A DNA stretch of 64,000 nucleotides from Trichomonas gallinae (Eukaryota): assembly GCA_008369845.1 (NCBI GenBank), contig MRSU01010422.1, positions 1 through 64,000 on the forward strand. Reading direction: 5' to 3'. Below the pieces are notes generated by a model. The model ran no database searches, had not been told where the DNA came from, and saw nothing but the letters and a program-made list of their open reading frames with translations. Of the stretch, positions 32,965 through 44,508 are shown piece after piece. The position numbers and the translations under genes were made by a program. Every line of letters starts with the position of its first letter. The first letter of the stretch is position 1.

Positions 32965-33519
32965 TATATTTTGTTTATTTTAATAATGTTTGAATAAATT
33001 TTTAAATTCTATTTATAATCCTTAAAACTGGCCAAAATATATAAATTTGACTCATCAGGTGGAACCTCGAAAAATATTGCATCATCAGGCAAGAAAGTTG
33101 AATGTGCAGATTAAATTGAATGCCACAAACATAATCAGAAGCAGTAGACTTTATTTTTATCATTTCACCGAAGGTTGTATTTATAATAGCCTCTTCAATT
33201 GTGCATTTGAACTGCTTACTTTTTTCAAAAATATGAATTCTTGCTACAATACATAAAACTGGCCAAAATAACTGAAAATAGACATATAAAATGTCAAATA
33301 TAAGAATAAAACTAGTTATGTATATCGAAATGATTTTTTTGTCAAGTAATTTAACGATGAAAGATTTATGACATGTAAATAATTGAAATTATGAAATTTA
33401 ATGACATGTAAAATACTGATCGCCACGATTTGAATAGTTTACATTATAGATTTGACATGTAAAATTGATTTTTTGAATGGATAAAAATTTTGTCAAATTG
33501 TTCATTATTATATTTTGTG

Positions 33520-34374
33520 ATGACGAATAATAAAATAAGAATATTCCATCACCATCAAGAATCTCTTCCGTTAACTCCAATACAGTTGCTAGTTACAGGA
33601 TTCTTCGGTGTTATTGGTCCGAAAGCTATGATTGCACCACTAGATACTTTTCGTGTCTCGAAAATTATTTACGGAAAGAAATCAAATTCCGTTTTATGGA
33701 ACGAAATTCTCTTACAAGGATTTCCTCGCTTGTTCCATGGCTATGCGTGCGATATCATGCGTATTCCTAACCAAGCAATTTTCCGATACCTGTTGTTTGA
33801 CCAACTTAAACGTTTTATGAGCATAAGTGCTGCAGATATGTTTTCGTCAACTGCTGCATCGATCGCTGCGCATCCAGTCGATGTGATTCATACTCTTATG
33901 ATGACAAATCCTGAGAAATACCCAACAATTGCCCGAACTGCATCGATTGTTTGGCAGAGGGATGGGCTCAAGGGATTTCTATGTGGCATGTCGCCAACAA
34001 TCTTTGGTTATATTCCTTACAGATCTGTACAATACGGTGCACAGTATCTTTTACGCAAATTCCCGATCAAAAAGACGCCGCTCTCGCAGTTTCTCGTCTA
34101 TGGAACTGTGTTAACGGCTGCACAGTTCGCAACATATCCTTTCGATGTAGCAAGAAAGAGAATGATCGCTGATCCATCGGTCCGCGGCAAGAACTTCGTT
34201 ACAGTCATTTCGGAAACCTTCCAGCAAAGAGGAATTACCGGTCTCTATTCAGGATTCGGTATAACAATGGCGAGAAACTACGCGTACACGTATCTTCAGA
34301 CTACATGCACAAGAATGTTCCAGAATGCTCTCATGAATTTCAACTACTTACTCAAGAAACACAAATTTGATTAA
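33520..34374 (+). CDS. Mitochondrial carrier family protein (divergent Hmp31/AAC-like, probably hydrogenosomal)
   Basis: Three carrier motifs PLDTFR, PVDVIH and PFDVARKRM; DGLKGFLCG, RGITGLYSG; Inr-like TCATT at 33502 before the ATG at 33520. Confidence 0.88.
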   Translation: MTNNKIRIFHHHQESLPLTPIQLLVTGFFGVIGPKAMIAPLDTFRVSKIIYGKKSNSVLWNEILLQGFPRLFHGYACDIMRIPNQAIFRYLLFDQLKRFMSISAADMFSSTAASIAAHPVDVIHTLMMTNPEKYPTIARTASIVWQRDGLKGFLCGMSPTIFGYIPYRSVQYGAQYLLRKFPIKKTPLSQFLVYGTVLTAAQFATYPFDVARKRMIADPSVRGKNFVTVISETFQQRGITGLYSGFGITMARNYAYTYLQTTCTRMFQNALMNFNYLLKKHKFD

Positions 34375-34390
34375 TCAAAATTCGAAGATG

Positions 34391-34830
34391 TCAGCAATGT
34401 ATGTTATTATTTTACTAAAAACTATCTATAGAATTTCTATTTCCTATGTTGTATCGATAATTACCTAATTTATTTATATTTGTAATCATTAATCAAAATG
34501 ATCAAAAAAGAATGTTATTATATGCTCAAAATCATCTGTGGAATTAATATTTCTTATGTATCATTAATCGTTGTCTATTTTATATTTATCAAAAATAAAA
34601 AAATAAAAATTGTCAAAAATATATGTTATGGTTTTACTCAAAAATATCTATATGTTTTATTTATCTTATAATTTACTAATCATTTTCTAAATTAATTTTT
34701 ATCAAAATCAAATTTAAACTCGTCAGCTGTGTATGTTATGATTTTCCTATATATTATCTATATAACTCATTTTCTATATGTTATATTGATCACTTTCCAA
34801 ATTAATTTTATCAAAATAAAAAAATAAGAA
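34391..34830. repeat. Degenerate tandem repeat, ~111-bp unit x4
   Basis: Units start at 34391, 34502, 34613 and 34723, each beginning TCA followed by ATGTTAT ten bases in. Confidence 0.7.
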
Positions 34831-34880
34831 GAAAGAAGAGATTATATATTAATAAAACATAAAGAAAGTATTTATTAATA

Positions 34881-36251
34881 TTATTCATCAGTTAAACCTA
34901 ACATATCAACAACACAACCAAGCGCAGCAATTGAATCAGAATAATCAATATAAGTAAGCTCTTTGATAGTATCGAGGTACTTCTCCATACCAGGGAATGA
35001 CCACGGCGCACTAATAATATTTCCATTTTCTTGTGCTTTATATTGCATCATCGGATCATTTCCAGCCAAAGACATCGCGCACTGATGCTGTCCGCAGAGG
35101 ACGCACAAGAAGGCCTTGTACAGGCATCTCACAGCCACACTCAGCTCCTGGTCAACGATTTGAGCAGCTGTCAAATAAACGAGTCTCTGGGGTACTACCA
35201 GCTTGTCTCTCAATGCCCAAATGAGCAAAACTTGCAGAGCAGCAGCTGCAACAAATTCATTCCTATCAAACGACAGTCTGATGATTGTGTTAACACTGCT
35301 GGTGACTTGTGAGGCCTTAGCATATGATATGGCGACGCAATAACAGAATTGAAGTTCCGGTGTTTTTGCATTGTTTATCATTTCCTGGCATTTAGAGACT
35401 GTCTGTTGTGTTATAAGGAACTGCTTGGGCTGGAGAACGTGTATCCAGTCGACTTCCGCCAATCCCTTGTTAAATGAGATGTTTGGGAGAAGTAATGCTG
35501 TGATTCCGCGCTCTGTGCCCCAAATCATAGGCCATGTTTCAAATATAGCCCTTATATCGTCAATAGATATTGTATATTCCCCATCAACGTTCGCTAACGC
35601 TGCAAAAACCACATCTGCACTTGTGGCCCTCAAATCTTGAAGATTTCGAACGAGATATGTCGTAAGAGTTGCAGGAAATTGATTTAAATTCTGTTGTATC
35701 AGTCCTTGAAGGTGTTTTAATTGATCCATTCTTCCTTTTGTTAATGCGATAAATAATTGTGTGGCTTTTTCATTTCTTGTTACTGCTATGCCTTTAACCA
35801 ATGGTGTGAGAGACATTGGTGATTTATCTACGAAATCGTAAAATTTTTCGGGTTGAAATTTAAAAAGCGAGTCTAAAATATCATAGACACGAGTATCAAT
35901 TCCATTTGATTGGACAAACATCACAGGAATAAATCTAGGTTGCGATAGTAATTGCGAATATATCGATTTCTTGTTTAATGTTTCACTTGCTGATTTGAAA
36001 ATTTTGAAAATAACGTTTATGATTGAAACTGGGAGGTCAGTGTTGTATGACTGTCTTCCAAGAACCATAACCATGTTGTTTAAAAGTTTCTCTAAGATTA
36101 TCGAATTTTTTTCCGGGATAAATTCTTGTATTTTGTTGTACAAATTCGTCAAATCCTTTATATCTGACGTCTCTATCGTGTTTATTATGTCATTTAGCTG
36201 CTTTTCTCGAGGATCTCCGTCTGTTTTGCCGAAGATCCAATTCAATGCCAT
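34881..36251 (-). CDS. Hypothetical alpha-helical (ARM/HEAT-like) protein
   Basis: About 456-aa ORF from the ATG at 36251 (MALNWIFGK); no specific motif. Confidence 0.78.
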   Translation of the reverse strand: MALNWIFGKTDGDPREKQLNDIINTIETSDIKDLTNLYNKIQEFIPEKNSIILEKLLNNMVMVLGRQSYNTDLPVSIINVIFKIFKSASETLNKKSIYSQLLSQPRFIPVMFVQSNGIDTRVYDILDSLFKFQPEKFYDFVDKSPMSLTPLVKGIAVTRNEKATQLFIALTKGRMDQLKHLQGLIQQNLNQFPATLTTYLVRNLQDLRATSADVVFAALANVDGEYTISIDDIRAIFETWPMIWGTERGITALLLPNISFNKGLAEVDWIHVLQPKQFLITQQTVSKCQEMINNAKTPELQFCYCVAISYAKASQVTSSVNTIIRLSFDRNEFVAAAALQVLLIWALRDKLVVPQRLVYLTAAQIVDQELSVAVRCLYKAFLCVLCGQHQCAMSLAGNDPMMQYKAQENGNIISAPWSFPGMEKYLDTIKELTYIDYSDSIAALGCVVDMLGLTDE

Positions 36252-36304
36252 AATAACTAATTTCACGTCACATGTCTTTTATTTTTTTCTTTTATTTTTT
36301 GGTT

Positions 36305-36910
36305 TTTTTGATAGCAAAACAACACCTTAGACTTAGGCATTATATATAACTACATGGCTATAATGGTCCTATTTAATAAAATCGTTTTTTGATTTGCTTA
36401 AAATTTGAAATTGATTTTTTGATAGTGATTCAATATTTTAGACTCAGGCATTTTATATATGTGTGTCAGAAGAATTGTTCTATATGACTAAATTGTATTT
36501 TGATTTTTTTCAATTTTGATATTGATTTATTGATATTGATTCACCATCGATCACTTGGGTATTATATATAACTAATCTATTATAACTTTTATCCACATCT
36601 AAATTGTAATTTAATTTATATTATTTTAAAACTCAAAATATGTGTGCTTAGTATTGATTAAGCATACAACACATTGGAAATATATATAGTTGCTTCAAGA
36701 TCAGATTCATGAAACTTCAAAATCAATTCTGTTCTTATATCTTTTCAAGTTCAAAAATTTTAATTCCTCATCTATGAATTCACAAGCCAAATACTTTGAT
36801 ATTTTATATAACTACTTCAGCAGAACTTTAATCTGATCGAAAGAATCTATATTACTATTATATTTTACAAATTCAAAATTAATCATTTTTCTTTTATTGA
36901 ATTCACAAGC
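36305..36910. repeat. Degenerate tandem repeat, ~111-120-bp unit, up to 5 copies
   Basis: Anchor TAGACTTAGGCATTATATATA at 36328, TAGACTCAGGCATTTTATATA at 36439, ATCACTTGGGTATTATATATA at 36550; weaker copies near 36668 and 36789. Confidence 0.65.
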
Positions 36911-36997
36911 TAATGTTTTAATTATTTAGTATGGTTTTGTCAGATATTTGCTTTATGTGATTCAAAAACAAAGGTTAGTAGTATTATAAAAAACAAT

Positions 36998-39223
36998 TTA
37001 TTTACATATTTTGTCGATGAGGTTGTTGAAAAGACTCGTCAACGATTCAACATTCGCGAGAAACTCTGCTTCAGCGCCAAATGCTGCGCTTTGCTTTGAT
37101 CCAGTGAAGCTCTCCAGCAGGTAAGAGACGCCGGCGTAGGCACACTCTTCCCATCCAGGCGTGCAGTTCTGTGCTCTCCTAGGTATTGCGTTAGCAATCA
37201 TTTCTGCCTTGTTTTGATCGAATTCTTTGGACAAATTGATTAACGTGACTAATGTTGTCACTGCTGCCTCGATTCTTCCGTCCATTCTCTCCAATTCCCT
37301 CTGATTCTCTTCTATCTTCTTAGAAGTCTCTTTGAGATTTGATGTCGTCTTGTTAAGCAAATCTGTCAAATCGTCCAAACTTTCTGGTGTCGCTGCTTCA
37401 TATCTCGCTATTAAAGCCTTCTGTACGTGCTCCAGCTCTTGTACTTGTTCGTGCAGCTCCTTCTTTAAGCTCCTCTCGATGACTCTTAGCTTGTGGTGCT
37501 CTGACACGATTTCGTTGAACAAATTAATTTGTATTGGATCCTTGAATTTGAGCGAAGACTTATAAGCCTTCATCAGAATCAAAATCGCGAAGCCGAGCTT
37601 GTCGAATGTTTCTGCTTCTACCCTGTATCTCTTGGCCTTGCTGTCCTCACTCAAGCTGATGACGTCGCCGTTCGTCAAGACAAACGAGAAAGAGTGTTTT
37701 TCGGGCAAAACGAAGTTCGAGAATATCTGGACTAAACTCAAAAACTCGTCTTTCGCGTAGACAATTGCTGTGCAGCCGAGTTTGACGCGCGGCTCACAGC
37801 GCTGTATGAAGAGCTCGAACGGGATGTCGAACTTGACGCTCTTGGAAAGAGTCCTTGCCTCAGATGTTTCGAACATTGCATTTAATGTTGCTGTTAAGTA
37901 GCCGGGCGGTGCATTTGACGTCATCAGTTGCATCCTGAAAGCTTGTTCTTCTTGTGTCATGTTACCAACTTTGATTGGCTCCACTCTGTTGATTGAAAGT
38001 GGAAGATCTGCGAAACATCTAACGTTTTTGAGCTCCGGCTGGTTGGATTGGAAGATAAGTTCTATCATAGATGGAGATGCACGAGAAACATTAACGAATA
38101 GCTGCAAATGATCAGATGTTGGAATTTGAGAAATTCGTTCATTTACTTTGTTCATGTGGTCTTTAAGCTGCTCTTTTGTTATCTTTGGCAGTTTCGGTAG
38201 TCCTAAGTCTCCAGATTCATGTGTTCCGAGATATCCGATCAAAATCGTTCCTTCTGCGTTCATTATCGAAAGTAAGCCGTTATTTGGCGGTATGTTGATG
38301 ATTCCTAGGTTAATAGGAATAAAATTAAGCGATAATTGCCAGACTTTCTTGAAATTGATGTAAATCGAGATTGTTTTGTCTTCGCAGCCAATCATTAAGT
38401 TGTTGCATGTTTTATTCGAGTCTGGCTGTGATGAATATGCATGTGAACAGATGCAATTTCCGTTATGTTTCATTAATGTTTTTAATTTGCCAGAATCGGT
38501 TAAAACACACAATGTTCGCTCACCGACAATGGCAATATCGAAATTAGATGCACCAGCGTGCTTAACATTCTTTTTCCAGTAGTGAATCGCGATAACTTGC
38601 TCACCGATGACGTAGCTCCAGTCCTCGTTGGCTTCTGCAGCTTGTTTCGCGAATATAACGTTCCTTCTGTAGCAAATGACCTTGTAATCAGCAGCGGCGA
38701 AAATGAAAGATTCGAGAAGTGGAATATAACAGAAAGGACCGGGCAGGAAAAAGTGCGGAATTGGGTACGTGTCGGCCGCATTTGCTGTAATTATCGTGAG
38801 ATTTCCGTCTAATGACTGCACAATTATGGAAGGCGGCGATGTGAGTCCATCTATTTGCGTTGCGATGAAATTGTATGCGGAATGCGAGAGTATAAATGAC
38901 TGTATTTCGTCCATTACCATTGTTTTGTCTTTAATTTGTAGATTATAGAGAGTTATTAATTTTGGTTGAAGAACAGCTAAGCAATATTGCTCGGCTTTTA
39001 GGAAAACTCCATATTTGAGCTGCAATATTGGGTTTTTTATTTTTATTTCTGTGAAAGGCAGACCTTTGTCCGCTTTTGATGGAAAATAAAATCTCAAAGT
39101 GCCCGAAAAACTGCCTGAAACAACGATCGGCGTGTTTTCCAGCTCGAAGGATGTCGTGGCGTCAGGGCTAAACTCTTCATTCGGCGGAATTGAAGACTGC
39201 CACAAATCCCTCAATCGAAACAT
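36998..39223 (-). CDS. BBS9: BBSome subunit BBS9/PTHB1
   Basis: MFRLRDLW, VSGSFSGTLRFY, ILQLKYG, LAVLQPK, HSAYNF, VQSLDG, FFLPGPFCY, DWSYVIGE and C-terminal GWEE match PTHB1 conserved blocks. Confidence 0.88.
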   Translation of the reverse strand: MFRLRDLWQSSIPPNEEFSPDATTSFELENTPIVVSGSFSGTLRFYFPSKADKGLPFTEIKIKNPILQLKYGVFLKAEQYCLAVLQPKLITLYNLQIKDKTMVMDEIQSFILSHSAYNFIATQIDGLTSPPSIIVQSLDGNLTIITANAADTYPIPHFFLPGPFCYIPLLESFIFAAADYKVICYRRNVIFAKQAAEANEDWSYVIGEQVIAIHYWKKNVKHAGASNFDIAIVGERTLCVLTDSGKLKTLMKHNGNCICSHAYSSQPDSNKTCNNLMIGCEDKTISIYINFKKVWQLSLNFIPINLGIINIPPNNGLLSIMNAEGTILIGYLGTHESGDLGLPKLPKITKEQLKDHMNKVNERISQIPTSDHLQLFVNVSRASPSMIELIFQSNQPELKNVRCFADLPLSINRVEPIKVGNMTQEEQAFRMQLMTSNAPPGYLTATLNAMFETSEARTLSKSVKFDIPFELFIQRCEPRVKLGCTAIVYAKDEFLSLVQIFSNFVLPEKHSFSFVLTNGDVISLSEDSKAKRYRVEAETFDKLGFAILILMKAYKSSLKFKDPIQINLFNEIVSEHHKLRVIERSLKKELHEQVQELEHVQKALIARYEAATPESLDDLTDLLNKTTSNLKETSKKIEENQRELERMDGRIEAAVTTLVTLINLSKEFDQNKAEMIANAIPRRAQNCTPGWEECAYAGVSYLLESFTGSKQSAAFGAEAEFLANVESLTSLFNNLIDKICK

Positions 39224-40075
39224 TTAGAAAAATGATATAAAAAACAAATCAACATCATGACTTCTATTAGAATTTCACCAAATTTTCTCTAAAACTTAAA
39301 ATATTTCAAGAATTTATCAGAAACAAATTCGGCCTTCGAGGACTAAATATTATTAATACCAATAAGTTAATAATAATTAATTTTAGCTGTTTGAGCTCCA
39401 ATTATAAACTTTTAGACAGATAAATAATTTCTTGAATATCTTGAATATTTGAGGTGAAAACAAAACTGATAAAGTCGATATATTGACTTTTTGCACGCAT
39501 TCAACTCCTATTTTCACTCATAATTTCGAAGATATTCAATCTGACAGCAAAAAACTATTTTTTATGAGTCAGAATGGGAAATGTAGATTCTATTTACTCT
39601 ACTATTATGAATTATACAGCAAAAATACCTTTTTTCAATAAAATAATTAATTCGCATCTATTTTATAGAACAACAAATGTTATTGAATATATAAAACAAT
39701 CCATTTCCATGTAATGCATCATGTGGAATGTTTCTTTTAGATTGTTTTACTGGATTAAAATTATACAAATCGAATTCGTAAAAGATAGAATGTAATCTTG
39801 AACCATTATATGGATGACATTAGTGTAATACAGAGGTGTTCCGACCAACTTCTCATCCTAAGTTTTCACTACAAAATCCAGTGAACAACTTAAAAATAAG
39901 CCTCAAAAACAAGATTGAATCAAAAAGTTGGTTAATTTATGAAAGACTTGTTTATAAGTAGTTGAATTATTGATATAATGCAATTATTTTTGGTGAAAAG
40001 ATAAAATTTTTCATAAATACTTTAAGTAAACCGTAAACAAATACAAAATAGGTAACAAAAGATAAAAACTTTTGT

Positions 40076-40591
40076 TCAATTAAGAACATCGAAGAACTTT
40101 GTGAAGTCAGTATTGAACATATCAATATCAAACTCAAAATTAGCTGGCTGAGTGTTGATTTCAGTAGCTGGCTGTCTAACAGACACTTCATCAGAAGATC
40201 CAAGCATCTTCTTCGATAAGTATTTGTGCCAACGATTCTTAACGTTGTTTCCGCTACGTCCATCAAGCATAGCAGCAATCTTAGTCCACTTGGAACCGAT
40301 TCTATTGTACATGCTGATGATTAATGCATCCTCATCAGCTGTCCATTTTTCTTTCTTGATGTTCTTGCAGAGATAGTTATGATATCTATCCCAACACTGT
40401 CTAGCAGTCCTTCCTGTTAGTGCCCTAGCAATATCTTCCCATGTATGACCCTCTCCAGAGTCAACGTATTCTTTAAGAATTCTATCTTCTTCAGGAGTAA
40501 ACCTCTTTCTAGATGTTGATCCCTCGAACTGTGTGAAATCATCCTCGGAGTCATCGCTCGAGTACTTGCTGTGCTTACGCATCAGGAACAT
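40076..40591 (-). CDS. R2R3 Myb transcription factor
   Basis: RFTPEEDRIL...WEDIA..LTGRTARQCWDRY and KWTADED...GSKWTKIA..LDGRSGNNVKNRW; Inr TCATT just before the ATG at 40591. Confidence 0.93.
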   Translation of the reverse strand: MFLMRKHSKYSSDDSEDDFTQFEGSTSRKRFTPEEDRILKEYVDSGEGHTWEDIARALTGRTARQCWDRYHNYLCKNIKKEKWTADEDALIISMYNRIGSKWTKIAAMLDGRSGNNVKNRWHKYLSKKMLGSSDEVSVRQPATEINTQPANFEFDIDMFNTDFTKFFDVLN

Positions 40592-43095
40592 GATCAAAAA
40601 AAATAATGATTCAATGCTAATTGAAATCTGACATTTAATCATGAAAACATGATAATTCTATAACATATCATGTAATAAGTACTATTAGGTCATGGTAAAT
40701 TTTCAGAAGAATCAACAACTGAAAAGCCATTCAGAAAAAAATAGCGGAATTCAAATAATTTAAACACTTCTCAAAATTTATACGGGCCAAATCTCTTTTT
40801 TTAATACATTTCGGGGTCAATAGGTGATTGAGATGCTATAGCAGGAAGATTTTCCAATTATTTTCATATTATTTTTGCAAACAATATGTCGTATTTTTGG
40901 CTATAAAATTTGATATGATAAAAAAACTGATGAGTAAAAAGGAAAATTCAAAACTGGATCGGTGTTCTCCAATCTTATGAAATCAAATTTAATGATAAAT
41001 TAAGGATATATATTAGCTGTTATTCATGGATATGCTAAAAAAGTTTAAACCAAATTTGTGAATTGGCTAAAACCAGTTAAAAGTTTGATATATATGATAA
41101 TTAGATAATGTTAAAGAATATTTAGAACAAAATTTTACTTTATTAAATTTGGTCATAATAATATCATTGGTATACTATATAGATAGGAAATATGCATTTG
41201 ATTTCGATTTTTAGATTCAAAATAAATATAAATTATGTTAACTGAACAATTTAGGCAATATTAATCAGAACAATGTTGGGGCATATCTGAAGTACTTTCC
41301 TCAATTGAGAGAATTTTTCGTCACAAAAATTGAGACCTTGACTAGCGGCAACCGCTGGAAAATAATGATGCTTTTGAATATAATTACCATTCATGATCTT
41401 TTTTCAAAATTTTCGTGAATTGACGGGTTTACATAGAAATATTTTTATTCAAAATTTTTTCAGATTGCGTTACGTAGTCTGCGATGCATGTACTATCCGA
41501 TTTTGCAGAACGTCGTCGATTTTATGACTTCATTGATTTATCTATTGAAAAATTACAACATATCACGAATATTTCTTGCATTTTTATCAGATCTATATAT
41601 ACTACCAAATTAGTCTTGATTGTATTCCACTTTTTGAGTGGTGCCGCTATCATTTTCAAGCAAAAATTGTTAAGGCAAAGAAATATAGGATTTCAATTAC
41701 AAAAATCGCAAAGAAATATGAAGGTAATGTTTAGATACAGGCTGCTATGCGGGATGTAAAAAAATTTGTCAGTCAACATCAAGAAAATCTTTTGAATTTC
41801 GAAATCTGATCTAAACTCAATGAGCTAGTATTTATAATGGCATATTACAAGTATAAAAATCTTGATCGTCATTGTTAAAACTCCATTCACTCATGATTCA
41901 ATTGATTCTATCTTAGGCCATTAGAATTCAGAGATAAATCACTTATCAATCCCGTAATTACAGCTTATATTTAGCATATTCAAAATATATACTGTATTTG
42001 TTTTCTTTAATATTATTTTCCAAATTATATTCTACAAAAAGATATTGAATTCATCATTATATAAATATAATGATTGTATATATGATGTTCAATTAAATCT
42101 CAATGCCTCTTTATTTTGATTTGGAAAAAATAAAAATATCTCGAGTTCAACATTGTCAATCAAATTACAGTCGTAATTTTCGCCATGGATCTCATTGCAA
42201 TGTTGAACATTTTTCATTTTTACTTATTTGTTTAATTCTTAATTTTTCTTTTTGATTTTGATCCTTTTATTGATATAGTGCTAATCTAAATGGCATTTTA
42301 TCATTTAATTATGTTGAATTACATATTGAAAAATAGATTACACTAAATGTCCTTCTATTCATAGTATTATCATTCATTCGTTAATTCCAAATAAAATATT
42401 ATACTATATTAATTAGATATAAGAATGAAAATAATTCTATCAAAGAAACGCATAAAATCAAATCTTCTTGGAAGAAATAATAACACTCCAAGGCAACATT
42501 CGTATCATATGGAGCTATTCGATGAATAATTTTCCACTGGCCAAAATATAAAATAAAATCGATATTTTTACTGTAATTATATGATATTTTCCGTATATAA
42601 CAGGTATAAACTGCAAAAATGGCCGACTAACTATGTCAACGAACTTCAAAATCGATCAATCCTCAAAATATTTGAATTTTTGTGAAGTTGTCAGAAAATT
42701 TCTTTACATGGCATTTTATTGATTATTTTTTGTGAATATTATGCATGAGAACCGAAATTCCGTATATTTGGAGTTTCATTAACCGTAACACTCACGCACA
42801 CGATCAATATTCCATGTATATGTATGTATCGTGATGTCAGGAACAACTCTGTCGCGTTTAATTTTTATCTAAAATAACTTGAACGTTAATCCCACCCTTA
42901 TTTCGACAACATTTGACGATAATGTCGGACAAATCAATCGTCTGGTGCGGGTTAAAATGGTATTACACGAATAAATTCTATTTTTGTCTAATATTTTTTC
43001 AAAATGTTGCTATACTTCATTTATAATGTTATATTCTACAGTTTTATGTTGAATGGTAATGAATATTATATAAAAGACATATTTACAAAAAAAAA

Positions 43096-44508
43096 TTATT
43101 GGTTTTCTTTCTTCATTGACTCAAACTCATTGTTGATCTGCATAGCCTGCTGGAGTGATTTGAGGCGCTCTGTTTCATACTCTGCAATTGCTTTTCTTTG
43201 TGCAAGAAAATGAAGCTCTTGTTGTATGTTGTTCATTTCCTGCTGATAGTCAATAACTTCGTAGTGAGTCTTTGTCTTCAGCATGCTTGGATCGAATTGG
43301 AAATTCGGTTTTTCGAGATTTTCGTATTCTGTTATAGCCTTTGAGATTCCTGCCTTTGTTTCCTCGATTTGCTTGAGTAAGTCATCGAGTCTTCTCTGTA
43401 ATGTTTCCTTCTTAGGAAGATTTTCGAATTCTTTCATTTTTTCGTTCATGAATTTGTTTTCGATTTCCCAATGTCTGTTCCATTTCTGGAATTCTTCGTA
43501 TTTGAAGAGTCTCCAATGCTGATTAGAAAGCTTTGAGCTGATTGATTCATGTTCTCCGCCATTAAGTACAATTTCGTACTGTTTGATAACCAAATCAACT
43601 GGATCTGGAGATACAGGTGGTTGTTTGAATCTCATTGTACGGTTTTGCGCAAGGAATTTTGCTGTTTCGACTTCTTCAGCAGTTGGAATCTTCATATCGC
43701 GAATAATACGCTCAGCTTCCTGTTCACGCTGGTTAAGTGCGTCTTCTTGTTGTGTAATATTGATTGAATTCGCTTCTGCCTGATCGCGACGAACTTTTGC
43801 TTGTTCTAATCTGAAAATTGCTTGCTTCTTTCGTGCGTCTATCTCTGAAAGAGCATCAATCGCACGTCGTGCGCGTTCTCTAGCTTCGCCAAGTCGATCA
43901 TCTAATAACTGTTCGATTGTTTCGTTTTCTAGCTGCTTGCAAAGATGCTTGGAGGCTTTCTTTTCCAATGCTAAAGCTTCAGTTTCGTGTTTAATTGTTT
44001 CTTCCTCCATGTCTTTAACAAGATTTGTCATTCTATCAACGTGCTCGCTCTTTAGTAAAGTGCTTTCGCTGCGGATGATCTTCTTGCTCTCCAAATCGAG
44101 AATTGTGAGCTGTGAATTCAACTCTTCCTCTGATAAATCTGCAAATTCGGGATCAATTTCAGTTGGCGGATTTGAGATTTCATTGAGGATGTTTTGAAGT
44201 AATGAATTGAAGTCTTTTTCAGATTGGACGATTTTACGATTTGTGTCAAGAGATGTTGTTGTTTGTACTTTAATCGACGCATGTCTATCTTCTTCGAAGA
44301 CTCTTCTTAACTGTTGGTTGACTTTTTCAAGTTTGTCGTCAATCTTCTTCCTCTGCTCGATGAGGTTGTTTTGTTCTGTTGCTAATTTTTTAGCTTGCGT
44401 TCTAAGTGTGTGAGATTTAGAGTGCATGTTCATTTGTGCCTCCTGAATCTTCTTTCCAGCCATTGACTTGATTTGAAGACCAGAAGTCAGTGATTTGGAA
44501 GCTTTCAT
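43096..44508 (-). CDS. Coiled-coil hypothetical protein
   Basis: 470-aa ORF rich in E/K/Q. Confidence 0.8.
   Translation of the reverse strand: MKASKSLTSGLQIKSMAGKKIQEAQMNMHSKSHTLRTQAKKLATEQNNLIEQRKKIDDKLEKVNQQLRRVFEEDRHASIKVQTTTSLDTNRKIVQSEKDFNSLLQNILNEISNPPTEIDPEFADLSEEELNSQLTILDLESKKIIRSESTLLKSEHVDRMTNLVKDMEEETIKHETEALALEKKASKHLCKQLENETIEQLLDDRLGEARERARRAIDALSEIDARKKQAIFRLEQAKVRRDQAEANSINITQQEDALNQREQEAERIIRDMKIPTAEEVETAKFLAQNRTMRFKQPPVSPDPVDLVIKQYEIVLNGGEHESISSKLSNQHWRLFKYEEFQKWNRHWEIENKFMNEKMKEFENLPKKETLQRRLDDLLKQIEETKAGISKAITEYENLEKPNFQFDPSMLKTKTHYEVIDYQQEMNNIQQELHFLAQRKAIAEYETERLKSLQQAMQINNEFESMKKENQ

Noticed and set aside
1..34374. Apparent cofactor/hydrogenosome cluster (NMNAT, DPCK, NuoF, carrier)
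   Set aside because: The genes are far apart and interleaved with unrelated genes; there is no evidence of co-regulation.
39736..39896. Imperfect ~22-bp inverted repeat, possible MITE
   Set aside because: Several mismatches in AT-rich DNA, no clear target-site duplication, and only one copy in the window.
41484..41930. 91-aa ORF and faint ankyrin-like scraps
   Set aside because: Too degenerate to assign; no convincing motif.
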